The position numbers and the translations under genes are program-made. Source: Patescibacteria group bacterium (GTDB taxonomy: Bacteria > Patescibacteriota > Minisyncoccia > Phycocordibacterales > Phycocordibacteraceae). From it: a stretch of 64,000 nt of DNA. The stretch spans positions 16,048-80,047 of the forward strand of contig JBBUDY010000047.1 in the NCBI GenBank assembly GCA_038057055.1, written 5' to 3'. Position 1 is the stretch's first letter; the number at the start of each line of letters is the position of its first letter. The notes under the pieces were generated by a model, which saw nothing but the letters and a program-made list of their open reading frames with translations, had not been told where the DNA came from and did no database searches. This document shows positions 38,922-49,113 of the stretch, in pieces.

Positions 38922-40592
38922 ATGCAAAGGCCCTTCTTCCAGGATAATCAGGTGCATTCCACACACAGCGACGGTATATTCACGCTTGAAGAAATACTTG
39001 CGTACAATCGCACACACGACCGACTTGATCTCACGATTACCGACCATGTCGACAAGCGCACCGACTGGTTCAACGGGTACGTCAAAAAACTGAAAGTGCT
39101 ACGGAAAAAATATCCCGAGTTTGAGGTGTGCATCGGTTGCGAAGTGAAGATTCTGGATGACGGGTCGCTCAATACGACAAAAGAGATTTTGGACGCCGCC
39201 GAGGTCGTGCTCGGAAGCGTACATCATTTTGATGGGATAAAACAAATGAATCCGCAACAGCTTATGAAGCGCGAATATGAATTGACCAAGCTTCTCGCGA
39301 AAAAGAAACGTATAGATATACTCGCCCATCCTTTTAGCATGGGGCACCGCTTTCATAAGAGTAATCCTCCGTCAGCGTGGGTCCGTGAAATATATCGACT
39401 GTGTGTTCAGCACAAGATTAAATTTGAATACAATCACAAAAATGCTCCACAGAGCGTTCGCTTATTCGTTAAGGCGCTGGTGGAAAAAGGAGATTTGAAA
39501 CACCTCTCATTCGGGAGCGATATGCACACCGATTTATGCGAATTAGGCCAATCGGGCTTTGCGATACAGAACACGATTCCCGTATTAGTTACCGGCGCAG
39601 GTGCGGGGGTAGGACAGAGCATACTGAAAGCACTGAAACTCTCATCGATGCCGATAAAAATATTGACTACCGACGGCAGTTCGCTTGCGGCCGGTCTCTA
39701 CACGGCCGATGCCGCGTACCTAGTGCCCATGTATCACGAATCGTCCTACATTCCGCGCATCATCGAGATTTGCAAGAAGGAAAAGGTGCAGCTACTGTTT
39801 GCGGGAACTGACGTAGAACTCGAAATCCTCTCGCAAAACGCAAAGAAGATAAAAGTGGAAGCGGGTACCGTCGTGGTGGTGAGCCATGTGCGCGCAGTGC
39901 GCATCGCTGACGACAAATGGAAGACTGTGCAGTTCCTCAAGCAAAACGGTTTCCCGTACGCGAAGTCGTGCCTCGAAAAAGACCTGGATACTTTTATGAA
40001 GAAAGCCACGTTCCCTCTTATCGTAAAACCGCGCATCGGCGCGCGCTCTATCGGCGTGCATAAGGTTGCCACGAAAGAAGAACTGTTGAAGGCGGTCGCA
40101 CGCACCCCGAACGCCATCATTCAAGAGTATCTTTCGGATGACAACGCCGAATACACCTGCAGCGGATTTTTTTACCGCGGAGGAAGTTATGGCGTCTTAT
40201 GCGGGCGGAGGTGGCTGCGCAACGGCGATACATATAAGTCGCTTTTCAAGCGCGACCCGAAGCTTGAAGCGTTCGTCTCCGACGTGGGCAAGAAGCTCGA
40301 TCTCTTTGGGCCGTGTAATTTCCAGCTCCGCAAAACCAAACGCGGACCGGTCATTTTTGAAATAAACTGTCGTTTTTCGGGCACGACGGGCGCCGTGAGT
40401 TATCTGGGCTTTAATGTGGCAAACGCATTGGTGCAAATAGTATGCCTGAAGCGCCCACCATCGATGCTGCATTATAACGAAGCATATATGTTCCGCTATT
40501 GGAACGAACTTTTTGCAAGCGAAAAAGAGATAGATACGCTTGCCGCAACAGGGGAGCTTCAAAAACCACAGTCGGGCAAGAATATATTCTAG
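38922..40592 (+). CDS. PHP phosphoesterase domain fused to an ATP-grasp ligase domain
   Basis: N-terminal VHSTHSDG, ITDH, GCE, GSVH, LAHP, FGSDMH; C-terminal VTGAGAGVG, DDKW, PLIVKP, IQEYL, EINCRFSG. Confidence 0.85.
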   Translation: MQRPFFQDNQVHSTHSDGIFTLEEILAYNRTHDRLDLTITDHVDKRTDWFNGYVKKLKVLRKKYPEFEVCIGCEVKILDDGSLNTTKEILDAAEVVLGSVHHFDGIKQMNPQQLMKREYELTKLLAKKKRIDILAHPFSMGHRFHKSNPPSAWVREIYRLCVQHKIKFEYNHKNAPQSVRLFVKALVEKGDLKHLSFGSDMHTDLCELGQSGFAIQNTIPVLVTGAGAGVGQSILKALKLSSMPIKILTTDGSSLAAGLYTADAAYLVPMYHESSYIPRIIEICKKEKVQLLFAGTDVELEILSQNAKKIKVEAGTVVVVSHVRAVRIADDKWKTVQFLKQNGFPYAKSCLEKDLDTFMKKATFPLIVKPRIGARSIGVHKVATKEELLKAVARTPNAIIQEYLSDDNAEYTCSGFFYRGGSYGVLCGRRWLRNGDTYKSLFKRDPKLEAFVSDVGKKLDLFGPCNFQLRKTKRGPVIFEINCRFSGTTGAVSYLGFNVANALVQIVCLKRPPSMLHYNEAYMFRYWNELFASEKEIDTLAATGELQKPQSGKNIF

Positions 40593-40599
40593 ATTCTCT

Positions 40600-41730
40600 A
40601 TGAAATGTCCGGTGTGCCGAGGGATTCGTTTTGAGAAAATCTTCCACCAAAAGAAACTCAAGATCTTTTCCGCACTGCGGAACGTCCCGTTTATAGAAAA
40701 GTCTCGTTTTGACGCATCGTTGTATCGATGTAAAAAATGTGGGTTTGTGATGCAAGACCTAACTCCCGCATTAAAGCGATTTCTTACGAATTTTTATAAA
40801 AAAGAGGCGTCGTTCTTTACCGCCCCGCCAGCGGCGAGCGTCCCGAGCGCACGGACGAAATTCAATATCGCGTTTCTCAACGCGCACATACACGAACCGG
40901 TCAGAAGCGTGCTTGAGATAGGGGCGTATGACGGCTATTTTCTCGATGCCGTGCGGAAGAATTTCCAGGCGAAAGAGGCGATTGGTATTGAAATCATGCA
41001 ATCAAAAAATAGATTTCCTAAGATACGGCTCATACATGATAGTTACCCCACGTCTGCGGTCGCGGGAAAGAAATTTGACCTCATCATCATTATGAACGTA
41101 TTGGAACATGTTTTTACCCCGCACGATTTTATGCAAAACCTTGGGAAAAATCTCACTGAAAACGGGAAAATTCTCATAGAGATTCCGAATGAACAGTGGA
41201 CTTTCGAGTCCGGCATGTTTTCGTACCAGCACCAACACATCAGTTATTTCACTCCCATAACGGTACGCAGATTTCTCGCAAGTTTGGGTTTTACGATTGA
41301 TGCACTCTACCGCAAAGACCTCGATCGGATACTAATCCTCTGTTCGAAGAACAAACGCCTCGTCCCGCAATACGATTTTGTGGATACCTCCTCTCGCGGT
41401 TATAGGAGCCGCAGCCAGGCAGTTTTGAAAAAATTCAAAGCACTCACTATTTCGGGCCGACCGGTCGGGCTTTATGGCGCTTGCACATTCACTCATAATA
41501 TTTTGCAGGCTACCGACGTTTCTTCTGACGTGGTCATTTTTGATGGAGACAAGAGGAAAGAGGGTACTTATATGTCCGACATAAAAAGACCAGTGCAATC
41601 GTGGCAGGCAATCGACCCCTCAAGACTTAAAAAGGTCGTGATAATGCCGCTTGCTTTTACGCGTGAGATTTACAACTTCCTGAACTCTAAAAAAATTCGA
41701 ACACCGATACGGAAGTTTTTTAATGCTTGA
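40600..41730 (+). CDS. Class I SAM methyltransferase with N-terminal Cys pairs
   Basis: CPVC, CKKCG, VLEIGAYDG, NVLEH, IEIPN, QHISYF, GLYGA. Confidence 0.8.
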   Translation: MKCPVCRGIRFEKIFHQKKLKIFSALRNVPFIEKSRFDASLYRCKKCGFVMQDLTPALKRFLTNFYKKEASFFTAPPAASVPSARTKFNIAFLNAHIHEPVRSVLEIGAYDGYFLDAVRKNFQAKEAIGIEIMQSKNRFPKIRLIHDSYPTSAVAGKKFDLIIIMNVLEHVFTPHDFMQNLGKNLTENGKILIEIPNEQWTFESGMFSYQHQHISYFTPITVRRFLASLGFTIDALYRKDLDRILILCSKNKRLVPQYDFVDTSSRGYRSRSQAVLKKFKALTISGRPVGLYGACTFTHNILQATDVSSDVVIFDGDKRKEGTYMSDIKRPVQSWQAIDPSRLKKVVIMPLAFTREIYNFLNSKKIRTPIRKFFNA

Positions 41731-41764
41731 CGCACACGGGGAAATCGTACTATGCTCAGTCACT

Positions 41765-42625
41765 ATGAAGTTGTCGAACAACAAAAAGCGGAAAATTATG
41801 CCAATTTATGCGCGACCGCATTCTGTTGAAACATCGACCGATAGTTACTTAAAAGTATATTCATCAGCAGATGAGGCAAAAAAGAGATTATTTAATCTCG
41901 GTGCTGGCGTCTGGTCACATCCGTTCTGGACCAATGTTGATTTGCCGCCTCAAACAAAGGCCTTTGCGGCTATCCAGTCGCCGTGCATCCACCATGATTT
42001 TGTTGCGGAAGCGAAGTTGCCGTTTGCCTCGAATTCAGTTGACTGTTTCTACACGTCACATGTCGTTGAGCACCTTCCCCAAAAGGTGGTGGAGCGGCTG
42101 ATGCACGAAGTCTTTCGCTGTCTGCGCAAAGGCGGCTGCTTCCGAATCGTGACGGGACCCGATGCCGACACAGACTGGGAGGCACTTTTACGGGGTGATG
42201 AGAAATGGTGGTTTGGACTTGATGAGCCAAAGCTTGTCGCTGCACTCGTACGCGACCGAGCACCGATGACGATTTATGATAAATGGTTGTATGAAGTAGC
42301 AACGGCACGTTCCCCTTATTCAGACACGCCGTGCGAGAAAAAGTACACGTCAGCCGAGGTCAAGAAGCTCGTTATACGGTATAAGAATAATCCGGATGCA
42401 CTCCGCGATATGCTGGATAAAGGACTTGCGTTCAGCTACAAGTTTCCGGGAGATCACGTCAGTTGGTGGAATGCCTCAAAACTGAAGAAATTCTTAAAAA
42501 AGGCAGGATTCAAAACCGCCTTTCGTTCTGGATACGGACAGAGCGTCTCTCCGTTCATGCGGGATATGCGGTACTTTGACCAGACATTCCCACAAATGTC
42601 CGTATATGTAGAAGGAGTCAAGTAA
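41765..42625 (+). CDS. SAM-dependent methyltransferase domain protein
   Basis: NLGAG, WTNVD, LPFASNSVD, SHVVEH, LRKGG; TTGACG-18nt-TATGCT lies upstream of ATG 41765. Confidence 0.75.
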   Translation: MKLSNNKKRKIMPIYARPHSVETSTDSYLKVYSSADEAKKRLFNLGAGVWSHPFWTNVDLPPQTKAFAAIQSPCIHHDFVAEAKLPFASNSVDCFYTSHVVEHLPQKVVERLMHEVFRCLRKGGCFRIVTGPDADTDWEALLRGDEKWWFGLDEPKLVAALVRDRAPMTIYDKWLYEVATARSPYSDTPCEKKYTSAEVKKLVIRYKNNPDALRDMLDKGLAFSYKFPGDHVSWWNASKLKKFLKKAGFKTAFRSGYGQSVSPFMRDMRYFDQTFPQMSVYVEGVK

Positions 42626-42673
42626 GTGAATGAAACCGCTATACGTTGCGGTCAGTTATAGGCTCTATACAGC

Positions 42674-43810
42674 ATGAAAAAGACTTATCATATGGCACGG
42701 CCGCACCTTGCTGGACGCGAGGAGGAGTATGTGCTGCGCGTGTTGCGTTCGGGGATTCTCAGCATAGGTCCGTTTATAGAGAAATTTGAAAAGACCTTCG
42801 CCAAAAAAATGGGAACGCGTTATGCTTGCGCTGTCTCAAGCGGCACCGCGGGACTCCATCTCGCCCTCATTGCCGCGGGTATTAAAGAAGGTGATGAGGT
42901 CATCACCAGCCCTTTTTCATTCATAGCGTCCGCGAACGCGATCCTCTATGTCCGCGCGAAACCCGTATTTGTGGATGTTGATTCCATGACGGGTAACATT
43001 GATGCCGGAAAGATTGAAGCAGCAATTACACGAAAGACGAGGGCAATTCTCCCAGTACATATATTCGGGCAGCCTGCCCAGATGGACGTGATCATGAAAA
43101 CCGCAAAGAAGCATAAGTTGCGTGTTATCGAAGACGCGTGCGAGTCGCTCGACGCGACGTATAGAGGAAAGAAAGCGGGCACTTTTGGCGATGCCGGCGT
43201 CTTTGCATTTTATCCAAACAAGCAAATGACAACAGGGGAGGGAGGAATGATCGTGACGAATGATAAACGAATCGACGAACTATGCCGTAGTCTGCGCAAC
43301 CAGGGCCGCGCACCCAATATGCAGTGGCTTGACCACAAGTATCTCGGCTACAACTATCGGTTGGATGAGATGAGCGCGGCGGTTGGTCTTGCACAGATGG
43401 AGAACATCACCCTCCTCATCAAAAAGCGGCAGCAGCTTGCGAAGTGGTATGGGGAAGAGCTTCAGCGCATCTCTTCTCGTGTAGAAATCCCACACACGGC
43501 GCCGCATGCGACACACACTTGGTTCGTTTACGTGATACGCATCAAGAATTCGCGTGTTCGTCGTGATGTGGTCATCGAATCATTGGCAAAGAAGGGAGTA
43601 CACACCAAACCGTATTTACCCTCTATACACCTCTTCTCGTTCTATAAAGAGCTTTTTGGCTACAAGAAGGGCGACTATCCCATCTCGGAGGGAATAAGTT
43701 CCTCTGTCCTGGCGTTGCCGTTCTATATTGGGCTCACTAGACAAGATGTTAAAAGTATAGTAGAAGTATTAGACGCAACACTTCAACACCATGAAAGAAT
43801 TCAAAAATAA
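42674..43810 (+). CDS. DegT/DnrJ/EryC1/StrS sugar aminotransferase
   Basis: VSSGTAGLHL, PVFVDVD, PVHIFG, IEDACE, FYPNKQMTTGEGG, GYNYR. Confidence 0.93.
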   Translation: MKKTYHMARPHLAGREEEYVLRVLRSGILSIGPFIEKFEKTFAKKMGTRYACAVSSGTAGLHLALIAAGIKEGDEVITSPFSFIASANAILYVRAKPVFVDVDSMTGNIDAGKIEAAITRKTRAILPVHIFGQPAQMDVIMKTAKKHKLRVIEDACESLDATYRGKKAGTFGDAGVFAFYPNKQMTTGEGGMIVTNDKRIDELCRSLRNQGRAPNMQWLDHKYLGYNYRLDEMSAAVGLAQMENITLLIKKRQQLAKWYGEELQRISSRVEIPHTAPHATHTWFVYVIRIKNSRVRRDVVIESLAKKGVHTKPYLPSIHLFSFYKELFGYKKGDYPISEGISSSVLALPFYIGLTRQDVKSIVEVLDATLQHHERIQK

Positions 43811-44744
43811 AGTCGTTATCGTCACCGGCGGTACCGGTTCTATCGGTTCGGAAATTGTCCGACAGTTGCTTAAAACTAAAGTCGCTCAAATACGTATCTA
43901 CAGTCGTGACGAACATAAACAGCATGAACTTGGCCAGGAACTCGGGGGCGATATGCGCCTTCGGTATCTTATCGGTGACGTACGAGACAAGGACCGACTT
44001 GATTTCGCCTTTCGAGGGGTCGATATTTGTTTTCACGCTGCGGCACTGAAGCATGTTCCCATATGCGAATACAATCCGTTTGAAGCGGTGAAGACAAATG
44101 TTATCGGGACCCAGAATGTCATCGATGTGAGCATAAAACACAATCTTGAAAAGGTGATGGCTATTTCAACCGACAAGGCGGTAAGTCCCGAGTCGGTCTT
44201 GGGCGCAAGCAAACTCATGATGGAGCGCCTTATTATCGCGGCAAACATCACGACCGGTCCTTCTCGCACACGGTTTTCTGCAGTCCGGTTCGGTAATGTA
44301 TTACATTCACGCGGCTCGGTTATTCACCTCTGGCGCAGGCAAATAGAGGCCGGTGGGCCGGTAACGATTACCGACCGCAAAGCACTGCGTTATTTTATGG
44401 ACATACCTGAAGCGGTGCGGTTCGTTTTCGAAGGAACACTCCTCATGAAAGGAGGGGAGATTTTTGTGCTGAAGATGAAAGAGCGATCTATTGTCGCCTT
44501 CGCTGAAGATGTTATAGCAGAATATGCAAACGGTAAGAAGATAAAACTTTCTTTCACTGGTCTACGGCCTGGAGAAAAATTGCGCGAAGCACTCCTCACG
44601 GCAGAAGAGGTAAGTCATACACTTGAAATCAAAGATATGTTTATTATTCTCCCGGCCGCGCTTGTTTCTATGGTAAATTCTCTCGGTCCATACGAGTATC
44701 CAGGAGCGAAAAAAGCTCGGAGCAATAAGTACGTCTCACGCTAG
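43791..44744 (+). CDS. UDP-N-acetylglucosamine 4,6-dehydratase family (CapD/PglF/PseB-like, soluble)
   Basis: TGGTGSIG, SRDEHKQ, GDVRD, HAAALKHVP.CEYNP, STDKA, VRFGNV..SRGSVI, RPGEKL. Confidence 0.9.
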   Translation: MKEFKNKVVIVTGGTGSIGSEIVRQLLKTKVAQIRIYSRDEHKQHELGQELGGDMRLRYLIGDVRDKDRLDFAFRGVDICFHAAALKHVPICEYNPFEAVKTNVIGTQNVIDVSIKHNLEKVMAISTDKAVSPESVLGASKLMMERLIIAANITTGPSRTRFSAVRFGNVLHSRGSVIHLWRRQIEAGGPVTITDRKALRYFMDIPEAVRFVFEGTLLMKGGEIFVLKMKERSIVAFAEDVIAEYANGKKIKLSFTGLRPGEKLREALLTAEEVSHTLEIKDMFIILPAALVSMVNSLGPYEYPGAKKARSNKYVSR

Positions 44745-44815
44745 CAAATGGAAATCGCATCCATACATACCGGTAGCTTTCGCTGCCCTGTGCGGGTTAT
44801 AGTTACCGCTACGAT

Positions 44816-46585
44816 ATGAAAAACACACTGGTAACGCTCTGGCACACCTTTGCACGATACCGCTTGCAGCTCGTGATACTCATTGTGTTCGGATTCCTCG
44901 GAGCTCTTCTTGAAGGCATCGGTATCAATGCGGTCATCCCGCTCGTCTCCTTTTTCTCCGGTGCGACGAGCGGACCGACCAATTTTATTTCTCACGCCAT
45001 TCAGACATTATTTAGTTTCCTTCATATACCATTTAGTTTTCGTTACTTGCTCGGTTTCATCCTCGGCCTGTTCATTCTCCGTGCAGTATCAATGGTGGCA
45101 TTCGGATACATTCGTGGGAAGATAGGTGCCGATTTTTCGGGTACAGAGAGTGAGGCGATGTTGCAACGGATGCTTCGTGCGTCATGGCCGTTTCTCCTAA
45201 AACAGAAACTCGGGACGCTTCAGACGACGCTGGTACGTGATATTCAACGGACAGAAAGTCTCCTGGCGACGGTGGGACAGATTATACAGTCGTTTAGCGG
45301 GTTTCTTATGTATGTGGTGGTGGCCATAAACATATCGCCTATTATGACACTCTGTGCGCTCATAGCGGGCGCGATATTGTTACTGCTTGTGCGTCCGCTC
45401 ATGTCGCGTACACAAGCGACTGGGCGCCTCCTTACCGTGACCGAAAAGAATTATACCCAGTTCTTAGGCGAACATATTATCGGTATGAAAGCGATAAAAG
45501 CTACTGGTGTTGAAGAGCGCGCGCTTCATGATGGCAGCATGTTGGTGAGAGAGTTGCGAGCACTCATTATACGTATGGTATTCATTCGATCACTCAGCGG
45601 AAGTTTGTTCCAACCCTTCAGTCTGATATTTGTTATCGTGCTTTTTTCTATAACATACTCATTGCCGGGCTTTAATATCATTTCTTTTGCCGCTGCGCTC
45701 TATCTGATACAAAAGATTTTTACGTATCTTGAATCGGGGCAAAGTGCACTCCATTCGTTAAGTGAACTCATGCCGTATGCACAAAATGTCGAGAACTTTA
45801 AATCCGTCCTTGATGCGCATCGCGAAGTATCAGTCGGCGGAACCATACCGTTTTATTTTGAACGAGAACTCGCGTTCAAGAACGTCTCTTTTTCTTACGA
45901 GGGAGGGAAACAAGTCCTCTCTAATGTCGACTTTTCTATTGCGCGGGGAGAGACTATTGGACTTATTGGCCCATCAGGAGCAGGAAAGACTTCGGTTGCC
46001 GATTTGGTGTTGCGCTTGTTCAAACCGACCGCAGGCGGGATAGTAATAGATGGAAAACCGATTTCTGATATTTCTATTGAATCGTGGCGCCGCAATGTTG
46101 GCTATGTTGCACAAGAGGTATTTCTACTCAACACAAGCATTGAAGACAATATCCGCTTCTACCGTCCCGATCTCTCAAAGGAAGCGGTTGTCGCTGCCGC
46201 AAAGCAAGCAAATATTTATGATTTCATTATGGGGTTGCCGGAGGGTTTTGAGACGATAACCGGTGACCGCGGTGTGATGCTTTCAGGAGGGCAACGCCAG
46301 CGCATAGCACTTGCCCGCGCTCTTGCCGACAAACCCTCGCTTCTCATTCTTGATGAAGCGACGAGCGCGCTTGATACAGAGTCGGAGAAGCTCATACAAG
46401 CGTCAATCCATGCATTGCACGGTTCGGTGACGGTACTTATCATTGCACATCGTTTAAGCACGATAGAACACACCGACCGTTTGCTTGTGCTCGAGGACGG
46501 CCGTCTTGTTGAGCAGGGAACACCGCGCGCGCTGATGGAGAACAAGAACTCTTATTTTTATCAGGCAACGCGCGGACGATCCTAA
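44816..46585 (+). CDS. ABC transporter, fused permease-ATPase (PglK/MsbA-like glycan flippase)
   Basis: N-terminal TMs, GPSGAGKT, LSGGQRQR, LILDEATSALD, IAHRLST. Confidence 0.88.
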   Translation: MKNTLVTLWHTFARYRLQLVILIVFGFLGALLEGIGINAVIPLVSFFSGATSGPTNFISHAIQTLFSFLHIPFSFRYLLGFILGLFILRAVSMVAFGYIRGKIGADFSGTESEAMLQRMLRASWPFLLKQKLGTLQTTLVRDIQRTESLLATVGQIIQSFSGFLMYVVVAINISPIMTLCALIAGAILLLLVRPLMSRTQATGRLLTVTEKNYTQFLGEHIIGMKAIKATGVEERALHDGSMLVRELRALIIRMVFIRSLSGSLFQPFSLIFVIVLFSITYSLPGFNIISFAAALYLIQKIFTYLESGQSALHSLSELMPYAQNVENFKSVLDAHREVSVGGTIPFYFERELAFKNVSFSYEGGKQVLSNVDFSIARGETIGLIGPSGAGKTSVADLVLRLFKPTAGGIVIDGKPISDISIESWRRNVGYVAQEVFLLNTSIEDNIRFYRPDLSKEAVVAAAKQANIYDFIMGLPEGFETITGDRGVMLSGGQRQRIALARALADKPSLLILDEATSALDTESEKLIQASIHALHGSVTVLIIAHRLSTIEHTDRLLVLEDGRLVEQGTPRALMENKNSYFYQATRGRS

Positions 46586-46603
46586 GTGTTATTCTGAAAG
46601 TTC

Positions 46604-47995
46604 ATGGCATATACGAACCGCTCAATAGTATTTGCGATCGTAAGCGTTTTCATACTCGTATACAGCGCACTGTATGCGCTCACCTTGTATTCGGTTCATC
46701 AAAACGGATTCAGTTCCGAACATTTCATCGTCGGTAGCCCAGGAGGGGACGGATCTCAATACATATTGCTTGCCCACACGCTTTTAGAGAATGGGCGTTT
46801 TTCTTTCGGTCCTACCGAGCCGCCGGACACCTTTCGTACGCCGGGGTACCCCTTTTTCATCGCACTGATGCTCTTTTTGACAGGCTCCATCATCTTTATG
46901 CCGATAGGGCAGATTATTCTGACGGCGTGTTCGGTGGCACTCATCTTCCTCGTTGGTGCGCGATTTTTCAATCGCGGTATCGGTCTTGCGGCCGCAGTTC
47001 TTTTTGCGCTCGACCCGTATTTGTCCATGGTCATGTTCCTGTCCGCGAGCGACACACTTTTTGTCTTCGTTCTGCTTCTAAGCATATACGTGCTTACCGT
47101 GCCCGAACGGCTCGGTCTTTCTCGTGCATTTTGTGGCGGTGTGCTCATAGGTATGTTGGCGCTCGTCCGGCCGATAGGTCTCTATATCTTTCCCCTCATT
47201 GTGCTGTGGCTTCTTTGGGAGGGGCGAGGAGAGTGGAAGCGGGCATTGCAGACAATGGCACTCTTTCTTATCGGGATGGGTCTTGTCGTAGTGCCGTGGA
47301 TGGCGCGGAATTATGCTCATTACGGCTCCGCGTCCATTTCTTCCATCGGTGCATATAACCTACTGTTCTATAACCTCACTGATTTTGAGCATGAGCGAAC
47401 CGGTATCTCCAAAAACGCGGTCCAAGTTGCTATGTTGAAGCAAATGAATGCGACCAGCACCGATCCGTTACTGTCGCTTGCATTCTCGGGCCGAGAGAAA
47501 AGTGTTGCACGTACGTATCTTGAGGCGCACCCGTTTCAGTACGCTGCGTATCATCTCTACAAGACCATCCCGTTCTATATCGGGAGCAGTATCGATGCCG
47601 CAACGGAAGCGCTCCACGGACGTGGCGTTCTGCAGGGAGCGCTTCCGCTTGATGTCAACGTAACGTTCCTCATTCTGCAAGGAAATTATCGTACGGCGCT
47701 CGCCGCATTGACCGACAGCCTCCCTTCCCTCATTGAGAGATTTATGTGGCTTCTCTTATGTCTCGCGTCATTTGGGATTACCTACAGTGCCCTCCACCGA
47801 AGATCTGCGAATACCTCGGTCATACTGCTGTTTTTTGGGCTCATTGTTGCTTTTGGTATTTTGACCGGACCAGTGTCCTATGCACGATATCGGTTGCCTG
47901 CAGAACCATTCATTTTCATTCTTGGTATCGCGGGCATCCTATCTGCTGCGCGATATCTAAAGGGATTACGTTTTTCTCACGACCGCCAGTACTGA
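46604..47995 (+). CDS. GT-C membrane glycosyltransferase (ArnT/PMT-like)
   Basis: DGSQY, FRTPGYPFFI, SDTLF, LVRP, PWMARNY, ARYRLP; paralogous to 10786-12150. Confidence 0.75.
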   Translation: MAYTNRSIVFAIVSVFILVYSALYALTLYSVHQNGFSSEHFIVGSPGGDGSQYILLAHTLLENGRFSFGPTEPPDTFRTPGYPFFIALMLFLTGSIIFMPIGQIILTACSVALIFLVGARFFNRGIGLAAAVLFALDPYLSMVMFLSASDTLFVFVLLLSIYVLTVPERLGLSRAFCGGVLIGMLALVRPIGLYIFPLIVLWLLWEGRGEWKRALQTMALFLIGMGLVVVPWMARNYAHYGSASISSIGAYNLLFYNLTDFEHERTGISKNAVQVAMLKQMNATSTDPLLSLAFSGREKSVARTYLEAHPFQYAAYHLYKTIPFYIGSSIDAATEALHGRGVLQGALPLDVNVTFLILQGNYRTALAALTDSLPSLIERFMWLLLCLASFGITYSALHRRSANTSVILLFFGLIVAFGILTGPVSYARYRLPAEPFIFILGIAGILSAARYLKGLRFSHDRQY

Positions 47996-48694
47996 AACGC
48001 CAAATGGAAAGTTCACAAAGCGCAACACTGACAACTCGCTCCGGAATACGGCATAGAGCAGACTGTTTACGAGGGGATTGTTGAGCTCGGTTTCGGAATT
48101 CGAGTGTAAGGGGATAATTCGATTCAGTAGACGCCATAGGGCAATGGGAGGGAAGAGGAAGGTGTTGAAATAGGAAAATCGAATAGGGAGAAAATTGGCA
48201 GCAGTCAACTTTGCGCGCAGTTCCTGGCGTGTGTATCGCCGGTAGTGTTCACTAAATACATCTGTTGAACCCCACAAAAACATAAATGCGGGGACAAAGA
48301 GAATCGCAATCCCGCCGGGCTTTAATACGCGCTTAATTTCCTCGATCGCTTTTTTGTCGTCTGAAACATGCTCAATAACATCGAGAGCCACAACAAGGTC
48401 AAACGTAGCGTCGGGATAGGCGATATTCGTAACGCTCCCCACACGCACTTGTTCGACACCTCGTTCCCTGCAAAAGGCTACCGCGCGAGGTGAGACGTCT
48501 ATCCCATGCGCGTCCCCATAGGGAGAGAGTTCCGAGAGGAGTGCCCCGGTACCGCAGCCCATATCAAGAATGCGCAGGGGTGCTTTATTCAGAAAATAAG
48601 TCTGAATGAGTGTGTGTACCATTTCGCGCCTCACACGATACCACCAATGGGATTTTTCAAGCTGATAGATTGTATCGTGATACACGTCCTTCAT
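47966..48694 (-). CDS. Class I SAM-dependent methyltransferase
   Basis: EKSHWWY, ILDMGCGTG, LDVIEH, LKPGG, VPAF.FLW..D..HYRRY. Confidence 0.88.
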   Translation of the reverse strand: MKDVYHDTIYQLEKSHWWYRVRREMVHTLIQTYFLNKAPLRILDMGCGTGALLSELSPYGDAHGIDVSPRAVAFCRERGVEQVRVGSVTNIAYPDATFDLVVALDVIEHVSDDKKAIEEIKRVLKPGGIAILFVPAFMFLWGSTDVFSEHYRRYTRQELRAKLTAANFLPIRFSYFNTFLFPPIALWRLLNRIIPLHSNSETELNNPLVNSLLYAVFRSELSVLRFVNFPFGVSVLAVVRKT

Positions 48695-48732
48695 ATACTG
48701 GTTGCATGGTAGTGTAATAAGATTCATCATCT

Positions 48733-49113
48733 ATGTCCACTTTCTGGCAAGTAGTTCGTTTTGTTACCACCGGCTCTTTGGCGACTCTCGTGTATCTTGC
48801 ATTCTCCTATTTTCTTAAAAGTATACTCGGGGTACATTATCTGCTCACGGTAGTCATTGCCTATGTGGTGGGGGTTGCTTTTAACTTCACGGTACAAAAA
48901 ATATGGTCGTTCCAAGAAAAGACAATACATCGGGTGCATTTGCAAATAGCACAGTTTATACAATGGGCCCTCACCTCTCTAGTGTGTAATCTCGTCCTTG
49001 TCTCCTTTATGGTTGAAACGATGCGTATTTGGTATCTCTATGCGCAGGCCATTGCGACACTCATCGTCGCGGTCGCGTCATATTTCGTGTACCGTTTTAT
49101 TTTCCGGTCTTAA
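48733..49113 (+). CDS. GtrA family protein
   Basis: 126 aa, four TMs, RFVTTG, NFTVQKIWSF, YLYAQ, YRFIF. Confidence 0.85.
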   Translation: MSTFWQVVRFVTTGSLATLVYLAFSYFLKSILGVHYLLTVVIAYVVGVAFNFTVQKIWSFQEKTIHRVHLQIAQFIQWALTSLVCNLVLVSFMVETMRIWYLYAQAIATLIVAVASYFVYRFIFRS

